DNA from: Tubiluchus corallicola
Lineage: Eukaryota > Animalia > Priapulida
Direction: 5' to 3'
Length of the DNA: 64,000 nucleotides
Assembly: GCA_030141605.1 (NCBI GenBank)
Contig: JAQGDQ010000970.1
Span: 1-64,000, forward strand
In this document: piece by piece, positions 12,301 through 26,710 of the stretch
Layout: each line of letters starts with the position of its first letter
How positions within the stretch are numbered: the first letter of the stretch is position 1
Position numbers and translations under genes: made by a program
Notes under the pieces: model-generated
Told to the model about the DNA's origin: nothing
The model's input: only the letters and a program-made list of their open reading frames with translations
Databases searched by the model: none

Positions 12301-15300
12301 GCGTAGCTTTTCTGAAATCTGAAGTACCAGTGCAAAGTGTTAAAAACTAGTTGTTTTCAGGCTCACTTTTACAACTTTGGTGAAAATGGGATTTAATAGA
12401 CGGTGCGAGAAGCATTTCTTTAGCTTTGTTCGTAAATTAAGCTTGTTGCACGCAAATACGAGGAATAAAACCAGGTATATACGTATTTACAGGAACCACT
12501 CAAAGTGTAAAAAGAATTCAGTTTTAACTCAATACACTGTATTAAATTTTGATGATCCGAAAGTTAATTATTGCCAGTACATTAGCTTTCAAACGTTCTG
12601 GGCTTATCCTTTCCTCCCACAACAGTTTCCTCTTATTATATTCGCCTACAATGCAGGTTTACACAGTAATTTTTACCTGTCATCTGTCATCTGCACTATC
12701 ATAATAGGCTGCCCACCTACGAGAGCTGCATGCAAACTTAAGCAGCTGCAGATTCTTGTCTGATTTAAATGCAACGGATATTACTTAAATATTTGTCTTA
12801 ATTCTCCTCCAACATTCTACTGTTTGACAGAGGTGTGTGCTTGGCATGCTGTAATTATACAGGATCTTCACGTCGTCAATATTTGAATTATGGTTAATTG
12901 TTAAACCATCTTCTATGAAATAGGTGAAAAACTCCACCTTCTAAAACAAAAACTAGCCGCGCCATAATTTCCCCGAAAAAAAACAAATAATTACTTACGC
13001 CCTTCCACCCATAAGGCAAAAATCCGATAGATAACCAGTTATTCTTAAAATCTGCGTAAAAGAAACCTGCTCCACATATGAAAATGAAGATGGTGACACT
13101 GGCTGTATTGAGTAGATTATTAAGAAGAACAGATTTTTTTACTCCTATTGTCAAAACACCGGTCATGACCAAGCAGATGCAGAATGCAACTATATCTGGA
13201 GGCGAACCTAAAAATGAAGGGAATGAAAATTTTGAGATATGGTAGTAATTTAAATATAAACATGAGAACGTAATATTTTATTTTTAAAAGTTTTACAATA
13301 AAAACAAAGAATTTCATTGTGTGCTAAGCGAGATATGTTACATCTTTGATTATAACAACTAAATGTCAGTTACAGTCAAGGCTGGCAGCACGGTACGGTG
13401 CGAAAAAATATCGTACTTCGTACCTATAAAAAATAACGTACCGCAATTCCTTACCGTACCTACAAAATCGATTCCTACCGTAATTTCGTACAAAATTTCG
13501 TACCAAGTTCATGTAGGATTTACTATAAAAAGACAAAGAGTAGCATAAAAATTAATCGTAAAAACATTTGCCAATACAAAACAATTATAGCTGCTATAGT
13601 CATTAAGTACTTTGACCACATGTGTTAGGTCGGCACGTCCCGAACTTCTCTTTGTCGGCAAAGCAAACGTTTAACTCGGGTGATATGCAGTGATTAAATC
13701 GCTACTGTTTTGCAAAGATCGGCAAAGTTCTAAGTATATATTTTGAAATGTTCTTGCTTCAACAGAATCTGTATGACTTGAGATGTGCAGTAAATTACTA
13801 CACAATAGCTAGAAATAGCAGTTAAGACAACGGCGTTATATGAATTGGTGTCAAGCATGGGAAGCAAGCTGTAAACAAATATAAATGTAATTTACGAGAA
13901 ATGACAACTCTAGCATTCAAAAAACAACTTGTGGCTTTGCAGTTTGCACTCAAAAGGAACCAATTTAGCGGTTTTGTTTGCGTGTGCTCCGCATTAATTA
14001 GGGGAGAACAGTAAGTCCCACTTAGGAGTAACGTAACTTTTTAAATAAGTCGCCATACTGAGTTGCTGACCAATAGAAACGTTACAAGAAACTGGGGATA
14101 AATGATACGGAAAAGTACGATAAAGGTACGAAAAAGATGCGAAAAAATACCGTAATTTCGTACCGTACTTTTAAGCATTTTTTTCGTACCGTACTGTACT
14201 GCCTCGGTTACAAGGGCACTGTCACTGACACTTAAATGTCAGATAACCATGTGAATATAGTTTAATTATGTTGACGTTACTATCTACTGCACATTACTGC
14301 AAAACGTACAACAATTTCTTTAGTAATTAACATTAATTTAGGTGCATTAAACAATTTAAAAGACAGATAAGCTTTGGTTAAAAGTATTTGTTTTTAACAA
14401 ACTATTTACAATATGAAAAGATTGTTGAATAATATGAAAAAATATGAAAACAAAAAATCTATTAATTTATATGCGAAAAGGAATAAAAAACCAAGCAAAT
14501 GAGCTGCAGTGAGGAACAGTCTTTGTCATGAAACAAAAATATGGTAATGACCTTATCAATATCGTCATTATTTATCAATAGAGTTTCCAAGTTTTTTTGA
14601 TAATCTTTACAACAATATGATTTATTGTTAATAAGGGAAAACAAAATATGTTTAAACTGCTAAGAATTTTAATAATGTTCGCTTGATTAACAGTTTTACT
14701 ATTTATCAATCTTTGTCAGTAAGATTTCCTGATTAATAAAACTGAAGCTTGAAAATTTGAACATTTGTCAGAAATAAAAAGTGTTGTACCTATAACAGGA
14801 ATGGTACCCAAATCTTTGGATATTGTTGTTGTTATTTCTTTCTTGCTCAATGAGTCAAATGTCGCACTAAGTGCTGCCGCACAGGCAGCTGTACCAATCA
14901 AATACTCCAGAACCATATTCCAACCAATGAAGAAAGCTATAAACTCTCCGACTGTTACGTAGCTGTACATGTAAGCAGATCCGCTAGTATTGGGAACTCG
15001 TACGCCAAATTCAGCATAACAAGCACCTAAAATGTGGTTGTGTTAGTCTACGAAAAGTAGAGACGTTTTGACAGTAACTGCAGATATAAGTTAGTCATAG
15101 ATCTTTAACTTGAAAATAATTACAGCACTTTTAACGTTCAAATCATAACATTTTTATGTACTGCAAAAACCCACGTGGATGAGTGAGCGACTTCTCACCC
15201 ACCCTATTTTTTTTCTTTGCCGTTGCTTCATCTTCCCTTACTCTGACCTGACGACAACGAAGACGACGATGATTACGACAGTGAAGAGTCCGATAAACAA

Positions 15301-16569
15301 AGAGAAAGTTTAATAAAATAGTTTAGCACTTTCTTATGCGATTCGGTATTCCCTAAGCTACCGGCACTCACCGGCAAGGGTTACTTTTAACTTACTTAAT
15401 GCGGATGGTTGCACAGAGACCAGAACCTTGCTCATTGTTGGGAGCACGCACCTAATTGGCTTAATAGTAGTTGGTTACCTCGAAGCTTCCCTCTTTTTTA
15501 GTTTCGTATGCCTATGCAGGTGCACAGTGAAGACTGGTGCACGTCAGGTACGAAAGTGGTAAGCACGTGATTTAAGACATTTCAGTCTGTGTGTTGCTGC
15601 TCCTAATCGTCCTCCATGAGCACTGCTATCCGTACCTAGAGCAGTTCTTACGGTTGTATTACATGTATAGGTACGGCATGTTTTAGAAGCAAATTGGTAA
15701 TCTTTTGTCTTTTCTTTCTTGCTTGTTATTCTTATTTTTCGGAAGTTCCGACACAGTTGGTTTGTGTCGCCGACTACTCCTGCTGCTAATGGAAACCAGT
15801 GAGCCCGTATATGCAGAATACTGGTTTTGTCACTAATTTTGGTCTTAATTACGGTAGAAGTTCGCAACAATGTTGTAGCTAATTCCCCGAGATGAGACGT
15901 TGAACAGACAGAGGTGGCTTAGCAACATTAGCATATGTACACGTCATTTCTCAGGGAAGGAAATAGTCTGAGATGGAACTGCCTAAAATAAGTTTTCCCG
16001 GAACGACAGAAATACACTAAAACAAGATGGCGAAACATGAAACATACCTGATAAAATAGAGGCAATTGCAGCGATAATGAAAGAGAAGATTACACCTGGT
16101 CCTGCCACTTCTTTCGCCACCATTCCAGCAACAACAAACATACCTGTGCCTACGCAACTTCCTGCACCTGAAGAGATAATTGATTGTGTAATATAATCGA
16201 GTCTTTTGTTGAATTCTGTCAGGAAAATTATCTGATTCTTGCGGTAAAACCGCGTTAACAGTGAAGAATTGTTTAATTAAAGTTTAATTATAAGCTAATT
16301 ACAGAAACAGCTAGAAATTGTTGATGGTTATAATTCTTATGGTGTTAAAATAGAATATCAAGTTTGATCATCAACATGGCAGTTGTTACTGCAGGCTGTT
16401 AGCAACAAACATTACCCAGAGATATCAAATCTATTGTTGTAAGGCATTTTTTGAGTTGTGAAGTTTTATCTCCCGTATCTTGCTCAACCGGATCGCCTTG
16501 TATCTTGTGCAGTCGAAACAGCTTCCGGACAAATCGTTTTGCCTTCTCGGTTTTTGTGTGTTCTTGCAT
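6372..16569 (-). CDS. SLC7A14: Cationic amino acid transporter family (APC superfamily), SLC7A14 orthologue, 689 aa
   Basis: Ten coding exons, all GT-AG and phase-consistent: 16569-16416, 16167-16048, 15026-14790, 13207-12999, 11839-11611, 11015-10889, 8246-8122, 7739-7217, 6917-6790, 6589-6372 (2070 nt). Translation includes [118 protein letters not shown] and [22 protein letters not shown] and [11 protein letters not shown] are characteristic of SLC7A14. Confidence 0.95.
13377..14206. mobile_element. Non-autonomous DNA transposon (hAT-like) in an SLC7A14 intron
   Basis: Terminal inverted repeats GGCAGCACGGTACGGTGCGAAAAAA / TTTTTTCGTACCGTACTGTACTGCC, subterminal CGTACC repeats, and an imperfect 8-bp target duplication GTTACAGT (13369-13376) / GTTACAAG (14207-14214). 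Confidence 0.75.
15882..15956 (+). mobile_element. Degenerate THAP zinc-finger remnant, probably from a DNA transposon
   Basis: Reads [25 protein letters not shown], resembling the THAP consensus FP.D...R..W....(loop)..IC..HF. It is antisense within an SLC7A14 intron and the N-terminal CxxxC is missing. Confidence 0.4.
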
Positions 16570-19140
16570 TTTAGCTCTAAAAATGTTGCATCAGGTATCA
16601 CATTTCAGACATTATACATGTACAGAAAAACCTAGAATCTTGTCGTTGCACTGGAAGTTTTCATCGCAATCATGGAACTGCAAAAAGTTTTTATTTTACC
16701 AGAAATCAATATAATAGTTAGTTTTCCATATCCAACCTTTTCGTTTATTCACAATAATATTTTCTAGCCGTAACTATAAAACATGGTAGTTTATATTAAC
16801 TATATTTTCGCCGTTTCTTTATAAAATTAAGTTTTAACCTTCTGACAATCTATGTTGTGCACAGGACTGCGATTTCGTTGTTGTGCCTACTATGGCAAGT
16901 TTTTTTACTAAAAGAAAAATCGATCGCCGAAGAGTTGAATCGATTTAAATCGAATTAATTTATTTTGTCATTGAATATTGTGCTTCTCGCAGTGTACACA
17001 AAAATCAAACCTGGGGAAAGTAATGTAAGAAGATTATGATACACTACAACGGGATGCCCAGGAGGTAAGTTTACCATTATCAACTGATATTAAGGTTGAG
17101 TATTTTGATGACAACGTATTAACTAGAAAAGTTCCCTATGATAATACACGATTTAATATTAAAGTAAAAATAGTTAAATATATAGAAAGGATATTTGTAG
17201 ATCTTTTGGCCTTCGCAAAAGACGCGCAGAAAACCTTCGTTTTCGTTCTTCCACTTGCACTAATAATTCAATTTTTGCCTCAGTGTAAATAAAAAGAAAT
17301 AGATTATAGCCTACACAATTAATCACTCTGGATTGGTCTTTTTCTTTATCGGGGAAACGCGGTAAAAGAGGATGTATTGTGTATCATTTAGCCTGTTAGG
17401 ACAAAATTACATAAATAGAGTTAGACCCAGAAATAAGTCAAAGAAAATAATAAAATTGAAAGGATAGGGACATGTTAGGAATAGTTGAAATTAAAATGTT
17501 CTCTCAGTAAATTTGTACTTTCCGAATAGAATAACCTAAAATCCAAAACAAGATTGCTATGGAGGCAAAAATCAGAGCGGCTGAAGTATATAATTACATG
17601 AAAGTGTAATTCGCTGAATTAAGTTAATGACAGTGACAAATGATGACAGTGATCAAAGATTTACTGAATCTGTGCAAAACTTATATTGTATGCGTAGACA
17701 GAGAAACTGCATGAAAGATAGGCAAATTATGTTTATCTGGGCGGATTGAATTTACATTTGTGTTGTTGTAGCTGTCAGCGTGCTGTTCATGTGTTGTCTT
17801 TTATGACACACGCAACGCACATAATGCCTTCTAAATAAATTTCTAAAATGCATGAATACGACGGCTAACACGCAAACGTTTCTAATAGATTTTACACGAA
17901 CCTAACAAACTCTTGGGGCTAATGTTCATTAGAATTTTATTGCACTTGCTTTATAATAAAATATAATAAACGTATGTTTCGCAAATCAACATATAGCCCC
18001 GTAAAGACTGTATTAAGAGCCTTGGAGGCGAAGTTAGCAAATGCATAAAAACGATTGTACAATCGCGGCTGATAGAGACGACACGAACTAGTTAAAATAA
18101 TTTAACCTAACCTAATCTAAACATGTATCAATCTATCGGGGAAGAAAGTATACATTTCAACAACGCACCTACTGCATGCGAATGGACCGCTAATCTTCTT
18201 ATTTGTGTAAAACAGAACTCAACAGAAAAGCATAACAAATGAAGTCCATCGCGAATATGCTAGGCTTTTACGTTATACCTCGAGTTTTCAGCATCAGTCA
18301 GATGTGAGCTGAGCTTAAAATGTTACGTGGAAACCCCTAAGCTCAGTGCACAACCTAGACTTTTATAACTTATGCACGCCAAGGTTATATTTTGACGCTC
18401 TAGTAACTAGAAAGTGTAATAATTGAATTTATAGAGAATATATGTTAAAATAAGTATCCTTGAAGCCGATTCTGCATTCATTGAATAGGTACCACGATGC
18501 ACCTTAGAGAGATAATGTCCCTATAATATTGCAATATTAAAAATGCATGTTTTCGACGCATCGACGTGGTTTACTTTAACTTTAACTTTTAGGAATCGGT
18601 TTGATTGCAGCAGCAGTAATTGCAGCATACTGGCAAATTAAAATTCTAAGATTTTGGTTTAGATTCGTCAAGTCAAACCTAATCCAATGATGATTAAACT
18701 TTTTTTAATGACCATTAGTGAGATGAGAGTGAAATTATGCTAAAATGTGCAATGAATGTACGAAAATCACACGTAATGCTGCTACTGCTATTGTCGTTGT
18801 CGTCGTTGTTGTTGTTGCTGCTGCTGCCGTTGTCGTCGTTGTTGCTGTTACTGCTGCTGCCGTTGTCGTTGTTGCTTCTGCACATAATGATGACGATGAT
18901 GATTGTAATAAATAATTTGGAACATGTTTCTTCAAGAAAGCGGAGTGTGATGTGGAATTCGCGCATATATAATGAAATGATATAGTAGACAAATCAATAA
19001 CGTTTTGCAAATACAGGCTAGCTACATTAATGTTTACCCTCTTTGTAGACGCAAGCACATTCATGTATTAGATTCCCTCTGCTACAAATGAAGTGCTAAA
19101 AAGTAGAGAAATAGATTTATATTGTGTGAAGGAGAGCAAC

Positions 19141-19630
<490 letters not shown>

Positions 19631-22583
19631 AAGACGTAGTCTCGATTGCACATTAATCCAACTTAATTCCACTTTAGTTTTATGGCCGGTAAAACATAAA
19701 TATTCCTCGTACGTTCGATAAACCGGCGTACATGGAGATGACTGGTTTGACATTTACTAGCAGTTTTACATCTAACACCGCTTTACGTTATTATTATGTC
19801 ATGCGTAAGATTCAGATAACAAATACTTAGTTTTATTTAATTAAATAAAATAATGGCATGGAAAAGTTGACACTTGCTTTTTACCATTAAAGATTGAGTC
19901 AGTTAGCTTTTCGCAAGGATGTGACCCCTTTCCGGTTCCTGTGTTTTTAACGGTTTTCTGGTAGTTTTTTTAAGAAATTTTTGTTAGACTCATAACCTTT
20001 AAGAAACAATTGCAAGAGAGTTGAGCGCATTAATACAGAAAGCGCTAAATCATGTGATGTGCGTCCTTCTAAAATATAAATTTAACAAAAGACTTTGTTT
20101 ACCTTACTCATCAAATCCAGTTTCCTGAATCATGCGTTTACCTTCCTGAATTTAATGTTGGGCATGCAGAATACAGTTAATATAGTTTTGTTAATACAGG
20201 TTACACTTACGCTCTTGTGTGTTTTATAGAAAAAATAATATGGCATTTTCGTAGATGTTTTTAGACTACATTAGATATCGTTATTTCAGCCACATGAAAA
20301 CATTACATTACACGACAACAAAGTACTACAATAAAAACTACACTAAAATACTACTATATACAATATAGACAGTAAATAAACGTTCATATATATATATATA
20401 TACCACGTTCGACGATTGGTATTTACAAAACTTCTATAGTATTGCTCCACATCTTAAAATAACGACATGTATAATTCATATGGAGTCTATAATTCAAAAG
20501 TTCTAGGTTTCCTACAAACGCGCAAAAAATGTGGCAATGTGATACATGTATTAAAATTCTGTTTTATCTATTTTAACAACAAAAATTCTCAATATTGAAT
20601 GCATTATGCAGGTTGTCAAAGATGGCTTTCCCTCCGCATTACGTTTATTGCAAATGTCGAAAGGCTATAAACGTAGCGAAACCGCTGCGTCTTGAGATGT
20701 ATCACGCATGAAAAAATACCAACGTCAAATTCTCAGAAGGAAACTGCAAGTAATAATTTTCTAATATATCCAGTTCTTCACATCCTGATGGCTTCTGTGT
20801 AATAATATAGACAACTATGAGAGTCTGCAGCTTGGTCTGTATAAGCTAATAACACTGATGAGATCTCATGACAATAAAAATAAGGTCTTACGTGTCTGGC
20901 ATTTTATTTTGCACCCTCGTGAGTTAATAAATGCGACCTCAGAAACGCAGTCGTGAATTAATCGTAAAAAGTTTTGTAAACGTTGATTCTTGTTCCAAAA
21001 ACTTTACAAATAACTTCCGTTTCTAACGTTTTATAAAGGCAATCACAACATAAACAAGCAGAATACAACTGTAAGTGTATTTCCATTATTTGTCTTAAAG
21101 GTAATAATAAGGCTGAAATTTGTTGTAATATATAAGAACCATCAAGACAAAATTACAGTTGAAGCCCAAAAGGCAGCAGATAAACGCCTGCAACACGCAA
21201 GAGCTAGAGATTTAGCTTCCAAGCTTACTTTAAATCGCCACATGTTACAGTCTTTAGGGAAATCACCTGACTATCATCTGACGTTATAGCTAATTATTTT
21301 CAACGGCAACAAAATCTTAATTGTAGTCTGTCTGCCATCCTTCCTTCTACAGTTTGTTTGCAGAAATGAAGTTGCTGAAAAGGTACTTGCAACGTCATCA
21401 AATGGCTGTATAGTTAACTGTAAAAATCATATCCATGTTCATTTCTTTAAGATATGGTAGTTAACAGTTAGTAAATGCTGAGACATGTGATGTTGCTAAC
21501 GCACAGTTCCTTGTGATTTTTCTATATTTACTAAGTTATACATAATTAGATGAATAGATAACGGTTCTGGGAGGGATAGAGGTGTTTCTATCGATAAAGG
21601 ACAGATTTAGGGTGCAGTACTTGGCGCTATCAATTTTTGCCGCAATAGTGACAGTAAATTTATTTATAAATTTCGTAATAATTGTGTACGTAATAATTGT
21701 TAGGTGATAGTGAAATATGACGAAAAACCATATGTATATGTTCAAGTGTTCAGTCATTAAGTTATAATATGACGTTAGTTGCATAACAAACAATAGCTCT
21801 GCCTTGAGCAAAATGTAGAATTACTGTGTCTCATCATTATATACCGGCACAATAATATTATTTGCCGTTTTGTTGATGGTTGGGGATGTGCTGATTTATA
21901 TTCAGAGCTTTTTATACCAATGTCCTCCAATAAAATGCAACGATTACGAAAATTATGCTTTATCTCAGTCCTTGTTGCAAAAATAAGATAAGTGGAATCG
22001 GTCCGGAGTATTTTATACACGACGACGGATGTACTGAGCATCTGTATTCAGTTTCTGAGTTTGCAAGATGAAATTTTATTGTAACACAGGCACAAAATGA
22101 CGTAAAAATTATGCTGTGACGCCACGCTACTAAAAACAAGGTGTTTACTTTGTAATTGAACATAAATCTTGAGTGTTCAGTATACAGATGGCGGATATTG
22201 TCAGACGAAGAGCTTGGCCGTGAGAATAAATAGCGCTTGAGAGCAATTTTCCTTAAATAATCTTGATTTAGATGACTTCACTGATGTCGCCGATTATTTT
22301 TTGTTGCTTGATTGCGAGATAAAATATGCAGCTAATACAGCTCTCGAGATTGTGATTAGAAACAATAGCGAGTTAGCGTATTTGGAAACTGTGCGACAAA
22401 TGCTAGTACAGTTGGCTTGCCGTCAACTTCCTAGAACCTAACGTGTGCAAAATAAGGAAGCTAAATTTTGACTTTTAGAGAAAGAAGGTCAAGTGCAATT
22501 ATCTAATATGATCATATACAAATTACCGCCTGTTACAATCGTCCAGGTTTGTCTACTGGTGTTTTTTTAGTTTGTTATGTGTT

Positions 22584-23136
22584 ACGCTACCCTTGTTGCC
22601 TTTACTACCTGTGTTATCGTAGAAACAGGAACAATGTTGAGCGGCTAACTTAGAAAATTGTCGCGAGCCTCGCTTTGTTACTGGATTAGGTGCATCATCA
22701 ACCTACGAATGACTACGCTCAACTGTGTGCCTGAATCACAGGGACAGAATCAAGTAGATCCCTTTCGGAAAATAATAAACACAGTGCATCAGGAGCAATT
22801 ACAAAATGTACAAGGCACAAAACATGAAAATCAAAAGCACAAAAATTCACACAATAAAAACACTACAATCATCAGCCTATCAATTACATAATTACAGAAA
22901 CTTCCAGAACATTATAGAAAGACCCTATGGTGTACAGACAAGTACTAGACAATTTTGCAGTGCTACAGGTACAGATAGTAGTCTAGAAGGTACGAGACTG
23001 TTTTAGATCTTTCTACACACTACCCGCAAATAGGTATGTGTGGCCAAACCCAGACAGCAACAAAGCGAGGCACGTAACAACTTTTTAAGTTAACCCCTTA
23101 ACATTGTTCATATTTCCACGAATAACAAGGGCAGCG
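22584..23136. mobile_element. MITE-like element with about 75-bp imperfect terminal inverted repeats
   Basis: 22584-22683 (...GAACAATGTTGAGCGGCTAACTTAGAAAATTGTCGCGAGCCTCGCTTTGTTACTG) is the imperfect reverse complement of 23055-23136 (CAGCAACAAAGCGAGGCACGTAACAACTTTTTAAGTTAACCCCTTAACATTGTTC...). Confidence 0.65.
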
Positions 23137-23934
23137 TTTTTGACTTTTCCTTCTCGCTCTTGATGTCACTTAATGACCGTTGACGATACTTGATACTAAT
23201 TAGTACTCAAGCTGATGATACTAGTAACCAGTTACTCCATCAGTAGACACAATAATTTCGGATAACTGTATAGTATAAAGTATGCAGATAATTCTGCTGT
23301 CTTCGTCCATTACGTCTGTTTGTTTTTTGAAACCTACAATAATAATAATATTTTTGCTTCCAGCTGTAAAAAACAGAAATGCATCATGAGTAACAACTTC
23401 TTACTCGGTATAGTAAATATACGGTGGTGGTGGTGGTATATTTGTAACGTAGACGTAGTTTATATAGCCTTCGAGTAAGACTTGTCTGATTGACTAAAGC
23501 CTGAGTTCAGTCACGAGCGCTACTCTGTTGATGTTACACTGATAGTTAGAATAAACATTGTGCAGATCAAATATGGAGGATAATTAAATTCATTTATGTA
23601 AACTACGTATAGACTTAATTCCGGATGCACACGTAAAACTAACAAACTGAAGTCAAATTTTGTGAGCCCAAGGGCCAAAAACAGGACAGGAATAATAATT
23701 ATCAAAACTGTAGCAGTAGACTAAAAATTTAAATTTTGTTGAGACAAAGCTGCAGAGATACGTTAATAGATTTAGGACGTTCGCCGAATATTCTACCTGC
23801 TAACCGGCTATCAACAAATAACCAGCTAATCGTCTACCGAGCCAACAGATCAGTTAATTGATCAGCTGGTCGGTATTCTGATAGCTAGCTGGTCAGCCAG
23901 ACAATCAGTGAATTATTTATGACTGCATGACTAG

Positions 23935-24595
23935 AACGAATGAGTGAGTAAATAAATAAATAAATGAATCTGCAAATGTGTGAAGTAATAAATGAATGAA
24001 TAAGTAAGAGGGCTAGTCAACGAAAGAACAAATAAATGAGCAAGCATAGAAACAATCGAACGCTCATAGATACAAACAAATTATCAAAGAGCAAATAATA
24101 TATCAAAGAGGATAAGTAAACGAATAAATAAACAAGCAAAGGAACAAGTGAGTGAATGGTTAAATTAACAAAAAAGCGCGTAAACAAAACATATAAAATG
24201 GATAAACAAGCAAAAAATTGCACAAGTAAACAAGTGAATGAGTAATCAAAGTGAATGAAGAACAACCAAAAATAAACAACTGACTGATTGAGTAATTAAC
24301 GACTGACTGCCTGGCTGGTTGCCTGGTTTACTGACTCATAGACTTGCTGATTGACAGTTTGATTTATTGACCGACTGACTGACTGATTGAATAAATAAGT
24401 GATGGACGGTATGAATAATGAACAAATGAATAATGAATGAATAAATGAGTGAGTGAGTGAATAAATGAATGAACGAACGAAAAATAAATGGACGACTAAA
24501 TGAATGAACGAACAAATGAACAATACAAAGGAATGAAAGAATGAGCGAAAGAAAAACGAATAAATGAGTGAATGAATTGATGTATGAAAAGTAAG
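23935..24595. repeat. Degenerate tetranucleotide tract (TGAA/TAAA/CTGA)
   Basis: Visible 4-bp periodicity. Confidence 0.8.
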
Positions 24596-26443
24596 TAAAA
24601 AATTTTAGCAAGAAATGTTATCGTTTTCACAACACTCTAACATACCTTGACGGCTGAGCACCAGCAGACTTTGAATTCAAACTCGCGAAATGTCACACGA
24701 TTATTACCAGCGTTTGGGTTTACATTGTGTCCAGTCAAATGCAATGCGAATTGGCTTCATCTGTTTTATGACTGTTTGCAAACACGTGAAGCCTGACCCA
24801 ATCAGTTTCTCTCGTGTACAGTGGATAGCGCATGATCTCCTCATTCCTTCTGCCTGATTTAGATGCGTTCAATATTGTTCTTTTTTAATGTCACTATGGT
24901 TGCAGTTACGCCCCACCTGTACGTTGTTTTGTATATAATAATTGCTATGAATTTTATCTGTCATAAAACATCGATCTACGTTTTAAATTTTTTGGCGAAG
25001 TCAAGGACCTTTTGGCGAACTTTTGTGTTATGGGACACGTATAACACTTAGGATCAAACTTGAAGTTGCATGAAAATGTGATATTTGCATTTTTGTAACT
25101 AGCGGATTTACGTTGGTATTTATATAGCATGGAATGATTACGTAACAAACAGACACTTTTCCACATGAAGCATCAAATTCCGTTGTCCCTGGCCCAGCCA
25201 TCACGCTCTGCAAATGGAAACACCCTAAGTATGGCCTTCGGGAATCGCCATAACAAACATTTGTGATCTCTAATAACCCTAACACTAAGTAGTTATTGCT
25301 TTTGGTCTAAGATAAAAGACCAGCTTATCAGCAGGTAATATGCATAAAGCAGTTGCAGATGGGAAATAGATGTTATGTAGTAAATGTGTGACTTAATTTA
25401 GAACTTATAATTAACCAGTTTTTGAAAAATTCATGCTTTAATAGCAAAAATTTGTACATCGAAATGTCAATTTGCTTTAATTACATGTACTTTCAATTCC
25501 ATTTATCATTAAATTGAATTTCTGCTCTCAACTGGCGCCCTAAAGACTAGAAATGTATTATAGAGAGTTCCAATAGCACTAACACTAATAAGTTTTGTCA
25601 TATGATTTTGTCTTGATCAGCATATTTCTACTGCATTATTTCTTTTGAACGTTGTAATTTGTCAACCAATCCCCGCAGACTCCAAGGCCAGCCTAAACAA
25701 GGAGTTTCTGAGAATCAGTGTCCCATGATTCATTTGCTTACTCATAAAAGCCGAGAGCAGTAATCCGACGGGAATTCAGCAAACTATCTGTGTCACTTGA
25801 TGATTAATCAATCGCATGTAAGAGAGGATAAGTGAACCCAGTTCGAACAAACGCCTGCAAAATGATGTCACATAATGGACGTTACGTCATTTTGTAATTT
25901 GACCACATTAACGCAGCCGGTTTTAACGATATTATGCTATTAACATAATTAGCTTATTTTTTATTATTGAAATCACGAAAAGGGTTGAATGGTCATCAAA
26001 AAGGGCATGTGAACAAATCGCACGTGTTCTGTAAGCAAACTTCCTCATTTTTAAAAAGATAATTTTGCGACCTCAATTTTATGTAATGCAAGATGTTCCA
26101 GAAGAAACAGTGCAGTCGAACTATGAAATGTGGTTAATTGGTTGTACAAAATATACCCCGTAGACTGTACAAAAATCATTTTGTACGGTAGGAAAGTTGG
26201 AATCATGCAAATAATATAGCTATGAAAGTTAAGTTACGCAAAAATATTTATAACGCACATGCTAACATTTCTTTGTGGTCCACTGTAAAGTTTGATCAGC
26301 GTATTTCTACAGTGCATTACCACTTCTGGAACATGATGTACGGAATTGCAGTCACAAAATCAGACGATTTTCAGATTTCGTTGCTAGAGCCCATGCATCA
26401 AGGATGTTCATTTCACATAAAACTGGGCGGTCAGTCTTTTATT

Positions 26444-26710
26444 TCGCGCTCAGACGTAGAAATTTTTCTCGCAACTTGTTGCACAACTTTTCTCGCAACT
26501 TGTTGCACAACTTTTCTCTGAGAATAAAATTGCACGCGTGAAAGGCTTGACAACTTCTCTTGCAACTTGTTGCAAACTCAGCGAGAATGGCTGAGAGTTG
26601 GCTTGCGCAATAAGTTGCGAGAGAAGTTGCTAAGCCTTTCACACATGCAACTTTACTCTCACAGAGGTTATGCATCTAGCTGTGAGCGAAGTCTATACAT
26701 CTGAACGCGC
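26444..26710. mobile_element. MITE, GCGCGTTCAGAC-terminated family, related to 38117-38316
   Basis: Ends TCGCGCTCAGACGTAGA / TATACATCTGAACGCGC. Internal inverted pair 26519-26548 vs 26632-26661. Internal 24-bp direct repeat TTTTCTCGCAACTTGTTGCACAAC x2. Confidence 0.7.

Noticed and set aside
17000-17070. Strong + strand donor GGAG|GTAAGT preceded by a short ATG frame
   Set aside because: No downstream compatible exon or recognisable product found.
25149-25253. Peptide TDTFPHEASNSVVPGPAITLCKW resembling a pentraxin N-terminus (possible missing gene A exon)
   Set aside because: Spacing between FP and TxC is too short, there is no donor at the required phase-0 position and no similarity to gene B exon 4; probably chance.
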